64,000 nt of DNA. Origin: the human T2T-CHM13v2.0 reference genome, Homo sapiens. A model generated the notes under the pieces. That model ran no database searches, was not told the DNA's origin, and saw nothing but the letters and a program-made list of their open reading frames with translations. A program made the position numbers and the translations under genes. The stretch lies in assembly GCF_009914755.1 (NCBI RefSeq), contig NC_060926.1; one strand, written 5' to 3'. This document shows, piece after piece, positions 44,217-56,711 of the stretch (positions are counted from its first letter, which is position 1; every line of letters starts with the position of its first letter).

Positions 44217-44421
44217 CCCCATCCAGGAAGTCGGTTTTGACAGACCCAGCTAAACTCAAAAAGCTGCAACAGAGTGGCGAGGCCTTCGTACAGGATGATT
44301 CTTGTGTGAACATCGTGGCACAGTTGCCTAAATGCCGAGAGTGTCGCTTGGACAGTCTCCGCAAGGATAAGGAGCAACAGAAGGACTCACCTGTGTTTTG
44401 CCGCTTCTTTCACTTCAGGAG
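44217..44421 (+). CDS. KDM3A: KDM3A exon 11 (APSRKSV...CRECR...FCRFFHFRR)
   Basis: ctag|CCCC ... GGAG|gtgagg; 205 nt. Confidence 0.97.
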
Positions 44422-45224
44422 GTGAGGCATTTTGGGAAAAGTTCAGATAATCTGGGCATACTTGTTATGCTAGATCATCTGGCATACTTTTGTTACTCTT
44501 TTATCAACAGTAAATCTAGAAGTAAAAAGGTGGTAGATGTTGCATTTATAATCTCTAGGTTGGAGAATCTAGATCTTATTGCATGTTACTTTTCATTCTT
44601 ATTTTTGATTTTTTTTAAAGTAACAAAGCTTAAAAATATAAACTTCTATTTCAAAAAGTAACAGTCATTATAGAAAAATGTCGAAGGTTCTGAAAAACCA
44701 CTACAAATAACTACTGTTAACTTTTCAGTGCACTGTATGATCATAAAATGTATACCTAGTTGGTATACCTAGTTGGTATATTGCACACCCTGTTTTGAAT
44801 CTTACTTTCCCATTACATAGTAGGAACCTCTTGATCATAACCTTTTTCTTTAAATACTTTTGAATTTCTGTGTAAGAGCACATTATAGTAATGTTTGATA
44901 ATTTATTTCACCAATTCCCTTGTTGGTATTAAGATTATTTTGTATTTTTTGTGACTGGAAGTAATGCAGAAATGATCTTCTTGTCCATGTCCCTGATTAT
45001 TTGCTTTGGGAGGATTACTAGAAGTGGCATTTCTGGGTCAGAAGGTGTGTGTGTTTTAAGGCTTTGATACACCTGTTCTGCCAAGTTATCCTACAGGAAG
45101 GTCGCACCTGTGTCCTTGACAACTGCAGGGTTTGAGCATGCTCCCATGGTCTCTGTACCATTGCCAGCAGGGAGAGGCATACCTTTTTAAAAAATCTTTT
45201 CCAATTTTATAGGCAAAATTTTCA

Positions 45225-45413
45225 TATATATATATGTGTGTGTGTGTATGTATATGTGAATATATGTGTGTATATATATGTGTATATATGTGTGTATATA
45301 TGTATATATGTGTGTATGTGTATATATGTGTATATGTGTATGTGTGTATATATGTATATATATGTGTGTGTATATGTGTATATATGTATATATATGTGTG
45401 TATATATATATAT
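45225..45413. repeat. Compound (TA)n/(TG)n microsatellite
   Basis: ~190 bp of almost uninterrupted alternating purine-pyrimidine. Confidence 0.97.
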
Positions 45414-47139
45414 TTTCAAAATCATTTTCTTTAAATTCTTCTATCCTGAGTGAAGAAAAAAGCAGCCCTATCTTTTTTGTTCATATAGAAATGAACAGTG
45501 TTGGTATAGTTGAACTTGAGATATAATTCACTTTCTCAGAAATCTAGGTACTTTCAGGTTGGACTAACTCTAATCATAAACAGAAGAGTTGATTTCAATT
45601 CCTATTCTCCTCCTCCCTTTTCATTTTATCTAAGTTAAAAGATTGCTGATGAGCTGAATTAAATGCACAGGGAATTTAGATCATTATATCTGTGCTCGTA
45701 ACTTTCAGATTCAGGCTTATTTAACGAAGTAAGAGTTTTTTAGGTACTAGTTTGCCCCATTCATCCCTTTGTAAATTGCAAAAGCACGTCATAAAGCATG
45801 TGGGTAGCATTTAGAGCTGTAATACTGTTAACGTATGTTAACATATGCATATATTAATATATTCTGAATAACGCCTGGCCCAGAATAAGCTGTTAGTAGA
45901 GGGTAACTCTGTTTCCCTTCCTCTCGAGAATTTTCTTCTTAAACAGTGTGTTACAATGCATATTCATTTGTATGTGTATGAATTTTGAAGACACTGAAAT
46001 GGTTATGCTTTGTACAGGTCTTTGTGTTTCTATTCACTTGATTTCATGTTGTTATGGCTCCTCTGCTATGAAAAATATAACTAGATTGGATGAGAGAGTG
46101 GTTTAAGTTGCAAAGGCATTTTAGGGAAGGGATAATTTTTTTTTCTTTCTTTTGTTCTTTGTAATATGATTAGAGCTTTTTTTTTTAACCCACTACATTT
46201 TTGTAACAGTCTAGAAGTCATTGACTTTATGACTTAGCTGTTTTTTTCATTTTTGACTTCTTTAAAGGGGAAAGTACCTTTGCCTAATGCTGCGTAGTAG
46301 AAGCCAGTGTAGTAGAAACCAGAAGAAACTCATATCTTGGTAAAAGAATATCATAATTTAACTTTTTTCCTGATGTTTAGAGTGAAGATTGAGGCTGTCA
46401 TTAGCCTCCTCATCAAGTTTGTATCTCATTAAACTCTTCTGCAAATAAAATAGGAGTAGGGGTAGGGTCTCAGTGGTAAGGCTCAGCTGCTAGGTCCTAT
46501 TGCCATTACCTCCCACTTTGAAATGCTTTCAAATTTATTTTTTTGTGTTATGACTATCTCTAATTTGGGCCATCTTAAAAAATTAAAAACTTTCATCTCT
46601 CATTTTGACTGCTTGAAATAATTTGCGTGTGTTAGGTAACAGTGTCTTGTCCTTCCAGTTTATTCTACACTCTTTTGGACAAATGGTTTTTCTAAAACAC
46701 AACTTTGCATGTGTCTCACATGATGACTTTTGATAGCTGCCCACTGCCTAGCAAAGTCAAGGTCCCCAATGAAATACTGAAGGCTTTCAGCAGTTGACCC
46801 CAACTTACCTCTGCAAGTTCTTCCTGATTCTTACCTATTTGAATAAACCCTTTAGTCTAATTAGTCTATTGCCACCCTGTTCACCTCTAGTTTTCTTGCT
46901 TTTATATGAAGTACTGTCTCTTGGACATACCTTCTTTACCTAATTGTCTACCTTTTCTTGCCAAAGCAAGCTCAATTACTCTCTTTATTATGAAGTCCTT
47001 GTCGTATTGGCCCACAAAACTCATAGTCAGCAGTCAGCACTTCCTCCTCTGCTCTTATAAGAATTAATGACTGTTAGGATATCTGTTACAGGCTACTTCA
47101 TTGTGTTTTATATCTATTTCTTATGTCTCCTACTAGAAA

Positions 47140-47460
47140 TATTTGTTTGTATGTATGTATGCATGTATGTATTTACTTATTTATGTTTAGAGACAGAATC
47201 TTGCTCTGCTGCCCAGGCTGGAGTGCATTGGCACGATCATAGCTCACTGTGTAACCTCAAACTCCTGTGCTCAAGTGATCCTCCCATCTCAGCTTCCCAG
47301 GTAGCTAGGACTACAGGCTTGTGCTACCATGCCTGGCTAATTAGAAAAATTTTTTTTTGTAGAGACAGGGTCTTGTTGTGTTCTCTGGGCTGGTCTCAAA
47401 CTGAATCTGTCTCAGCCTCCCAAAGTGCTGTGATTACAGTGAGCCATTGTGCCTAGACAG
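47140..47460 (-). mobile_element. AluJ-type (antisense) with (TATG)n-derived tail
   Basis: Antisense Alu. Confidence 0.92.
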
Positions 47461-47475
47461 AATACTGTACTTTTA

Positions 47476-47778
47476 GGCTGGGTATGGTGGTTCATGTTTG
47501 TAATCGAAGCACTTCAGGAGACCAAGGTGGGAGGATCGCTTGAGCCCAGGAGTTTGACAGCAGCTTGGGCAACAGGGCAAAACCCTGTCTCTACAAAAAA
47601 TAGAAAAAGAAAATTAGCTGGGCGTGGTGGCACATGCCTGCCTTCCCAGCCACTTGAGAGGCTAAGGTGGGAGGATTGCTGAAGTCTGGGAGTGGGGGTT
47701 GCCATGAGCCGTAATCATACCACTGTACTCCAGCCTGGGCATTGGAGTGAGAGCCTGTCTCAAAAAGAAAAAGAAAAA
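47476..47778 (+). mobile_element. AluJ-type (sense)
   Basis: Dimeric Alu starting ~15 bp after the head of the antisense Alu. Confidence 0.92.
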
Positions 47779-48354
47779 TTTTGTGTTTCAAAAATTTAAA
47801 ACTAATACATAGCTTATGAAAAGAACATTCAAGTGTTATACAGTATTGAAGGCAGATAATGAACAAATGTTCTGCCCTTTGTTCCACTTCTTAGGTTCTG
47901 AGGCCCATTTTAATGCTTCCCTCTTTCCAGAAGCTTGGACGGTAACGTGCAGCTGGAATTTATATAGGCACCAAGTACCTCACAGACCAGTGTGGTCATT
48001 GCTTCAGTGACTATCTAGGGGTTACCCTTCTTTAGCTGAGCTTTTTTCTTGAAGCAGTAGTTGTATTTAAATCTGATCAGATTATTTATCACCTTCTGTT
48101 TGTTAACGACTTAACTTCTGTAGTAACTTGTGATTTTCCTTGCTCTTAAGTGTCAAGTCCAGCAAGTTGAACAACTATCCCTGGAGGCAGTATGATTATA
48201 TTGGTTTGAGTGCAAAATATACCTCTCTCCCCTTCTCCTCCCTCCTCTTTCCCCTGTCTAGCTTGTCTTTTGGGGAAAAAGTGTTTTTAATCTTCCTACT
48301 GACATTGCCAAATAATCATTGGCTGTGATTAGCCATGGAGATTACAGAAAACTA

Positions 48355-48690
<336 letters not shown>

Positions 48691-48713
48691 AGTAATTACA
48701 AGTTGTAAATAAG

Positions 48714-48714
<1 letters not shown>

Positions 48715-48758
<44 letters not shown>
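48715..48758 (+). repeat. (TG)22 microsatellite
   Basis: Direct count. Confidence 0.97.
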
Positions 48759-48761
<3 letters not shown>

Positions 48762-48792
48762 ATTACATCTTTTTTTCCCCTGCTTCCCCTAG

Positions 48793-49007
48793 GTTACAAT
48801 TCAACAAACATGGTGTGTTGCGGGTAGAAGGCTTCTTAACACCAAACAAGTATGACAATGAAGCAATTGGCTTGTGGTTACCTTTAACCAAAAACGTTGT
48901 GGGGATTGATTTGGACACAGCAAAGTACATCTTGGCCAACATTGGAGACCACTTCTGTCAAATGGTGATTTCTGAAAAGGAAGCTATGTCAACTATTGAG
49001 CCACACA
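48793..49007 (+). CDS. KDM3A: KDM3A exon 12 (LQFNKHG...IEPH)
   Basis: ctag|GTTA ... CACA|gtaaga; 215 nt. Confidence 0.97.
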
Positions 49008-51893
49008 GTAAGAGCATCTCTTAGGGGGTAGGATTTTCGAGCCCAATTTGATTTTTGTTCCTAAGTGACACCTAAGTCCTAATTGCTTGGGTTTTTTTTC
49101 ACCCAGAAGTTTAGATAACTTTGGTATAATGAGGTTGCATTTTTCCTTTTGCAACAGGTTTGATCAGAGTTAGCCACCTATCTTTGGGGTTTATTTTGGG
49201 CCAATTAACAGAGGAGTGGAACTCCTTTTTTGTTAGGAAAGGTGAAGTGAGGGTGGAATTTGCACAGCCTCACCAGCAGTGCAGGCACACTAAAAGGGGA
49301 TGAGGTCTCAGATTGGTTTATTTTAAAACAAAGGTTCTTAATCATGAATACATTTCGAGGAAAATAAGAATGGGAAGGCTGACTCTCAGACCTACCGAGT
49401 TAGAGTCTGCAGGGCTGGGTCCCAGACTTGAGAATGAGAACAGGTTCAGAATGGAAATGATTGTTAGAGTCAAGGTTTGAAGGGAATACTTGGAGGTTCT
49501 AGATGTGCATGTGCTTGTGTCTTCCCCTCTTTGGGAGCACTGTTACACTGATCTGGCAGCCATTAAGCCACAGGAATCAGGGTAGGTGGCACATTAGAGC
49601 CAGACCTCCTTCATGACATCTCAAGCTAGGATGTTTGGAGGACGGTGCAGCGTCTTCCTATCCATGTCCCTCTGTGGAAATGAGTTATCCAGCCAGAAGC
49701 ACCATGGGGCATCTGTCTTGTAAGCCTCATATTTTCTTCCATCATTTTATCTTTACCAGTGGTTGAAGTTAAAAGTGAAGCCTTTCTATTCCTCTGGTGT
49801 GTCTCTTTTTAGACTTTGCTTAACCAAGTATGTTTGAATACAAGCATCCATGCCAGTCTTAAGAATTTTGATTTATTACCAGCAACTAACAACCTAGCTT
49901 AAGCACAAAAATAACTTATTGAATATATGTGGATACTGTCTCAGAGTCCAAGGAACAGGACTAGGTCATTCCCAGCTCTAGGAATCCAGAGCTGCCTGGG
50001 AGAAAGGGAATTGCGAGTGCCTGGGACAACCAGAGCTATTCTTTAGAATTACTTCATTCTGCTGGGGTAGTGGAGACTCTAAGTCAAGAGTCTTATTATA
50101 CTTTTCCCCCTGTAGTCTGTTTAAGACAAGCAATATTAGTTTTCCATTTTCAATAGAGATACAAAGTTTCTTTATTAAATATATTTAAGTAAAAGTAGTA
50201 GATTGAAAGAAAAATTCCTAAGTAACTGGTCTGGCAGTGGTACATACATGACTGCAATGTGGAAACACTTTTTTGGAATGTATTAGTGGCTTTGCTCCTG
50301 AATCAGCAGAGCTGTTTTAAGCAAGTGATGGCTTTTTCTTTGATAAAGATGAGTCATCTAAAAAATGTTTTTTTCATATAGAAAAAGGCACAGTTATCTT
50401 TTACAGCATAATTAAGAAACTCTCCTTGAAGATTTAAATGGGATTAACCTCTCCTCCTTGCCTTTTTGATTATCCTGTTGCTCTTTCTTTTCTCTGTGAC
50501 AAGCTGGTCAGACTGGAGAGAGAAACTCACTGTGAGTGATACTGAAATATGCCACCATACCCAGAAGAGTTTACCTCTGATCCTGAGATTAGGGAGCAGA
50601 TCTCGACTATTACTACTTTTATTCTGTCCTTTCAGTGACAAATAATCATTAAACAGGTGGCTAAGAGATCTAAGAGTACTTTCTGATGAAACAGTCTAAT
50701 CCAGGTGTCCAAGATGAAGTTCATAAAATCTCATTTGTAAGATGCCTAAAGCTATATGAATTGTGCCCTGTGCAATACATTATAATGTAATGGCAGAAGT
50801 TCATTCAGCAGTTGGATTGATTTTGTATAAACTAAAGCTTGGTCATTTGGGTTGTGTTCAGTCTGAAGAAGGAATGAGTTAACCCCAAACTGGATTAGGA
50901 AAAAGATGTTCTCCATAGAACAGGAGTGCAGCAGCTTTGATCCAGTGTTGTTCAGGAGAGAGAGAGACTGACTGCCAGGAGTCTCCTAGTCAGGAGACCT
51001 TGGGCTTTTCTGTGACCCACAGAAATGTCCTCCCTTTGCTCATACTTCTGAAAGCTTGCTGATAACCTGGTTTGGTTCCCTGATTTGGCACTCCTCCATC
51101 TAGGGGAAGGGTTCAATGGCCCATCCAGTTTTGGAAGGCCTCTCCCTCCAGTTATTAGGTCTTGGCCACTGGAACAGAAAATGCTGCTTTGTGGAATCCC
51201 CGGTCGTGCCTTAATCTGCTGGATGTTTGGTTAGTGTGAGTTAGTCCTGGGTGCCTGCATCATTCCTGGCACTGGCTAAATCGAATTTCTGACTGACTGG
51301 TGAAGAAACTGATCTTGGACCATTGTGCCTGCACAAAGTTAATGTGCAACTCCCTCCAGGCCCCCTGAGAACCTTGGAGTTTTTAATGGGCAGTCTGAGT
51401 GGATGTAGGGTATCTGAATAACCTGATACTCAGTGCAGATTACTGGGTTTGTGGATCTGAGTAAATTTTTCTTTTTTCCTTTGGAGAAAGCCTGGAACAT
51501 GCTGCCTTTAAATTCTGAAAGGGACTCATGACTCAGAGGTTAAGAACCACTGTTGTGTGATAACCTGTGTCTGAGCTCCAACTTGTGTAACTACTGCTGC
51601 ACAGTCTGAATAGGGATTCTGCTTGGAGTTCATTCTCCTAGAGGGAGGTGAGACTGTGCCTGAATACATAAAGTGAGAAGAGGCATGAATCTGAAGTACA
51701 AATTCAAGTTACTAGGAGTGCTGAGGGGATCCAGGAACACTTCATGGGGTGGAGGACAGCATTTGCAATGAAGCCTGAACAAAGTTAATTTGAAGTCTAG
51801 TCACAGGGAGGAATGACAATAACCCCTACCTTTCGTTTTTGGTTTCAGAAGCCCTCTCCTTCCAAAGACTAAGTGATTTACTGATTTTTGCAG

Positions 51894-52046
51894 GACAGGT
51901 TGCTTGGAAGCGAGCTGTCAAAGGTGTTCGAGAAATGTGTGATGTGTGCGACACCACCATCTTCAACCTGCACTGGGTGTGTCCTCGGTGTGGGTTTGGA
52001 GTATGTGTGGACTGCTACCGGATGAAGAGAAAGAATTGCCAACAGG
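51894..52046 (+). CDS. KDM3A: KDM3A exon 13, C6-type zinc finger (CDVC...[15 protein letters not shown])
   Basis: gcag|GACAG ... CAGG|gtgaga; 153 nt; Cys/His pattern of the KDM3/Hairless zinc finger. Confidence 0.97.
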
Positions 52047-52186
52047 GTGAGAACCGATTTGATTCTCCTCCAGCCCCTCTACACAGTTAAATCAAGTGTT
52101 TTTGTTGATTTGTGTTTGGCGGGTTTCTTGAAGCATGTGGAGACAGAGTCTGTAAAGAACAGTTACTACAAATCAGTTATTTGCAG

Positions 52187-52282
52187 GTGCTGCTTACAAG
52201 ACTTTCTCTTGGCTAAAATGTGTGAAGAGTCAGATACATGAACCAGAGAACTTAATGCCCACACAGATCATTCCTGGAAAAG
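52187..52282 (+). CDS. KDM3A: KDM3A exon 14 (GAAYKTF...IIPGK)
   Basis: gcag|GTGCT ... AAAG|gtattt; 96 nt. Confidence 0.96.
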
Positions 52283-52624
52283 GTATTTCATGTGCTGCAG
52301 TGATTTTCTTTCCCCTTGTCTTGGTTAACTCATGGGAGCTGGTAGTTTTGTTTTCCTTTATTACTCGTTAAGTTTATTTTAGTGTGTATTGTAAGTTGTC
52401 CAGAAATATATTAGATAATTCCTCCAACACTTTTCGAGTCAAGTTTTGTGGGATAGTTTTGTAGTAGAAAAGAAAATGCATTTTGGGGAAGGCCTCTGGA
52501 GCAGGATGAAAAGGAGGGAGTGGGAAAAGTAATCCTGTGGGGAATGCCAGCTTCTGCTCTGTAATGTTGAGGTTGAAAGTTCCTAATATCCTTGTTCAGA
52601 TGTTTGCCTCTGCCCTTTCTTTAG

Positions 52625-52752
52625 CACTCTATGATGTTGGAGACATTGTTCATTCTGTAAGAGCGAAATGGGGAATAAAGGCAAACTGCCCTTGTTCAAA
52701 CAGGCAATTCAAACTCTTTTCAAAGCCAGCCTCAAAGGAAGACCTAAAACAG
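52625..52752 (+). CDS. KDM3A: KDM3A exon 15 (ALYDVGD...EDLKQ)
   Basis: ttag|CACT ... CAG|gtattt; 128 nt. Confidence 0.96.
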
Positions 52753-53422
52753 GTATTTACTGCTTATGTTAAATTCAACATCTCTTGTAATTGTCATTTG
52801 TCTGTTTTTCAAATAACCCAAGGATTTCTATCAGTGCATTTGAAAGGAACCTGGGGATAGCTATCAAGTGGAAAGAGAGAGAGAAAGAATTCATACAGTT
52901 CATGTGACAGTTCAGAGACCCGTTCTGACTTTTCACATTACTTTCGTAGACTCTACTGTGGCCTCTTGTAGTAGGTTTTACATTTTTGTTTCTTGAAGAA
53001 GCACAAAGTTCTAAAGTAGTCTACCTAATAAGTAGCTGTCGAATTTGTAAAGGGTTTAAAAAAATTTTTTGTGTATTTTGCAGAATTAAAATTATTAAGA
53101 TAAGCTTTAACATTTTTAAAATTACTAAATATATTTTGCCTGTGTTTATGCAGAGTTGAAGGAAATGATGAAATGAACCTTTAGTTGCCCATCACACAAT
53201 GTAAAAAATGTTAATTTTCTCAGTCCTCATATGTCTCTCCTTGGTGGCATCCCTCTCCTCCCCACCATCACATGTACGTCTTGCTGTCCCTTCTCCCCCT
53301 CGTTCCAGTAATCAGTATGCCGCATTGTGTTTAATAATCAGAAATTTACATTTCTATAAAGCTGTGGTGTCATAAGGCAGGATGGGAGAGCAGAAGACTT
53401 GTAATATTTGGAGTCAGAACTG

Positions 53423-53731
53423 AATTTGAGTTCTTTTCCTTCCACGTGCTAGTTGTGTTACTTTGGCTGAAGTGAGCTGGTTTCTATGTGCTTCAGCTTC
53501 CTCATCAGTAATATAGAAATAAGAAGCAATATTGATGATTGGGCATCACAGAATTACATCACATGTAAAGAGAGGGCCTGGACCACAACAGGGGTTTGAA
53601 TATTTTTTTTCCTCCTTCTTATGTATGTATAAACTCACTCTTGCCAGTTTTTAAAATTATTTTCTTCTACAGCAGTCATCTTAGATTTAATTTATGGGTT
53701 CTTTTAAGAGCTCATCACATTTTTAAAGCTA
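53423..53731 (+). repeat. Left arm of inverted duplication (part of a MIR plus unique flank)
   Basis: Reverse complement aligns to 54732-55052 at ~91%. Confidence 0.95.
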
Positions 53732-54183
53732 AGTCAAAATAGCATTTTCTCTTTCTCTGCATCCCATTTCCTTCTGAAATCACCGCTTTACCTTTCCTGC
53801 CTGCGTCATTTATTCGTTTTTAACCATGTTTTCTGTGCCTATCCTGAATTCTGGGATGAGTTCATAGGGGAGACAGGCACAAACTGGTCATTTTAAACCA
53901 GCATGGTACATAGAGTAATAGGGATATGTACCAGCAGGGGCTGGTGAAAGGGTGCGGGGGGTAATACCTTGCTGTGTTTAAGTTGCTGACATCTCTCCTA
54001 CCTTTTAGTTATTCTCTACTAGTGCGGGATTACTGCAGCTGTGGGGATACCCAGGGCTAACTATTAGGTGGTTTTGTTCTGGATATTTATCTTACTTGTT
54101 GGTCGGCTATTAGGAGAGAAGAAAAGAAAAGGAAGCTGTCATTCTTCAGCTTATGTAAAATCGTCCTTTAATGCTTAACACAG

Positions 54184-54379
54184 ACTTCTTTAGCTGGAGA
54201 AAAACCGACTCTTGGTGCAGTGCTCCAGCAGAATCCCTCAGTGTTGGAGCCAGCAGCTGTGGGTGGGGAAGCAGCCTCCAAGCCAGCCGGCAGCATGAAG
54301 CCTGCCTGTCCAGCCAGCACATCTCCTCTAAACTGGCTGGCCGACCTAACCAGCGGGAATGTCAACAAGGAAAACAAGG
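54184..54379 (+). CDS. KDM3A: KDM3A exon 16 (TSLAGEK...SPLNWLADL...KENK)
   Basis: acag|ACT ... AAGG|gtgagt; 196 nt. Confidence 0.96.
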
Positions 54380-54731
54380 GTGAGTGTTTCCTGCTTTTGT
54401 GTTTGTTCTTGAGTATTTTAGTCCATTCGTGGAAGGACTTGAGAGAACAGTGGTTAGAAGTCGTGTGGAATGGAAAGTGCTTCTCTGGAGTCATCCTGGA
54501 ACCTGCCACAAATGAAAGTGTTTTTGAAATGCAGCACCAAAGAGGAGAAATTTTGCTGCATTAAAATTTAGGGACTTCCACCTTCTGGCTGTGTTACAGA
54601 AGAGAAGAATTGCAGGCCACTTCTTTCATGCAAAGATCTGGAGCAAAATTTTAATGAATCAAATTTGACACTGTAAATGAAGGAATATTTGAATGTTAGA
54701 CTACATCTGAATTTCTGGAAAAACCTTTATA

Positions 54732-55052
54732 TAGCTTTAAAAATGTGATAAGGAGCTCTTAAAAGAACTCATAAATTAAGTCTAAGATGACTGTTGTAGA
54801 AAAAAATAATTTGAAAAGCTGGCAAGAGCACAGCTGGTGAGTTTATACATACCTTAGAAAGAGGAAAAGGAATATTCAAACTCCTGTTGTGGTCCAGGCC
54901 CTCTCTTTACATGTGATGTAATTCTGTGATGCCCAATCATCAATACTGCTCATTATTTCTGTATTACTGATGAGGAAGCTGAAGCATATAGAAACCAGCT
55001 CATTTGAGCCGAAGTAAGACAATTAGCAAGTGGCCGGAAAAGAATTCAAGTT
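54732..55052 (-). repeat. Right arm of inverted duplication
   Basis: Reverse complement aligns to 53423-53731; 63-bp perfect core 54883-54945 = 53530-53592. Confidence 0.95.
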
Positions 55053-55261
55053 TTTCAAGGTTTTTCCAGAAATGAAGATACAGTCTGACATTCAAAAATG
55101 TAGAAGAATCATGGGACAAGATGCAGGAAAACATTAAGTAAAATTCAGTACCTGTTAATGATTTACAAAAAACTTCTTAAATTAAGAACATTCTTAATCA
55201 AGAGTTTAAACCAAAAAACAAGACTGGAGACATCATAAATAGTCGTTGAATTTTTTTAAAA

Positions 55262-55490
55262 ATTTGTTTTGAGTTTTTTTGAGACGGAATCTTGCTCTGT
55301 CCAGCCAGGCTGGAGTGCAGTGGCATGATCTTGGCTCACTGCAACACTGCACTCTGCCTCCCAGGTTCAAGCCATTGTCCTGCCTCAGCCTCCTAAATAG
55401 CTAGGATTATAGACGCCTGCCACCACGCCCTGCTAACATTTGTATTTTTAGTAGAAGTGGGGTTTTGCCATGTTGGCCAAGCTGGTCTTT
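55262..55490 (-). mobile_element. Alu (antisense, 5'-truncated) within old L1 ORF2 fragments (~55055-55870)
   Basis: gagacggaatcttgctct...ggccaagctggtc; flanking gaacaagacaaaggatatctg...ttgtactggaagtcct is L1 RT-like. Confidence 0.85.
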
Positions 55491-55946
55491 GAGGTTTTTG
55501 TTTGTTTGGTTTTGTTTTTTTTTTTTTAAACAGTTTCTGTGTTCAAGAACAAGACAAAGGATATCTGTTTTCACTCTTTATTAAGCATTGTACTGGAAGT
55601 CCTGGTCAGTGCATTCAGGGAAAAAAAATGTGTAAAGAGAATGCTGCCAATATTTGTAGACAGTACATGCAAAAAATCCAAAAGAATCTACATTTACTAA
55701 ACATTTGTCAGGGTTGCTAGATACAAAGGTCAATTTACAAAATTCCATTGTACTGGATAGTTATTGTTTTTAACATCAGTGAGGAATCGTCTAAGTAAAT
55801 CATATCATTCATACTTACTCCCTAAAGTATTTTTTTTGTTTCAGTAAATAGAAAGCAAGTTCTAAAGTAATTCTGCTAGTAGAATACTAATAAGGGATTT
55901 GCCTTTCAGAATGTTTTTTCATCTGGATGTTTTGGTTTTATTTTAG

Positions 55947-56119
55947 AAAAACAACCAACAATGCCAATTTTAAAGAATGAAATCAAATGCCTTCCACCCC
56001 TCCCACCTTTAAGCAAATCCAGCACAGTCCTCCATACGTTTAACAGCACAATTTTGACACCCGTAAGCAACAACAATTCTGGTTTCCTCCGGAATCTCTT
56101 GAATTCTTCTACAGGAAAG
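55947..56119 (+). CDS. KDM3A: KDM3A exon 17, with LxxLL nuclear-receptor box LRNLL (56087-56101)
   Basis: ttag|AAAA ... AAG|gtatgt; 173 nt. Confidence 0.96.
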
Positions 56120-56474
56120 GTATGTGTTTGTTTGTTGGTATTCCATGTTTTAAAGTTGAAGACAGAACAGGAAGAGAGTAGAGAAGTTGGAACTGAAAGT
56201 AGAAAGGAGACTGAATCACATACTTACCTTTGTGGGTTCAGAAGGCTGAGTCACTGGAGGATGGGTTTTATGGGACTATAGTTCTGAGCTGGGCCACTTT
56301 CTCCTGTTACCTCACTTCTATGAGTTGTCAAGTGGGGACAGGGGACGTACCTTTTTGCCTGGGGGTCCTGGCTTGGAATCTTCTGGATATGTAATCTATA
56401 CTCATTATGGGAATGGAGTTTCTTGATGGTAAGGGAATGACATATTTGAGACTTTTGTTCTTTCTCCAATTCAG

Positions 56475-56711
56475 ACAGAAAATGGACTCAAGAATACACC
56501 AAAAATCCTTGATGACATCTTTGCCTCTTTGGTGCAAAATAAGACGACTTCTGATTTATCTAAGAGGCCTCAAGGACTAACCATCAAGCCCAGCATTCTG
56601 GGCTTTGACACTCCTCACTATTGGCTTTGTGATAATCGCTTGCTGTGCTTGCAAGACCCCAACAATAAGAGCAACTGGAATGTGTTTAGGGAGTGCTGGA
56701 AACAAGGGCAG
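56475..56711 (+). CDS. KDM3A: KDM3A exon 18 (TENGLKN...CWKQGQ)
   Basis: tcag|ACA ... CAG|gtaatg; 237 nt. Confidence 0.96.

Noticed and set aside
44750-44780. 13-bp tandem repeat gtatacctagttg
   Set aside because: Trivial slippage duplication with no functional cue.
45222-45526. Y/I/C/V- or H/T-rich ORFs
   Set aside because: Translations of a TA/TG microsatellite.
52753-54183. Possible U12-type intron 15 (tcctttaa / gcttaac near the acceptor)
   Set aside because: Donor is GTATTT, not the U12 consensus GTATCCTT.
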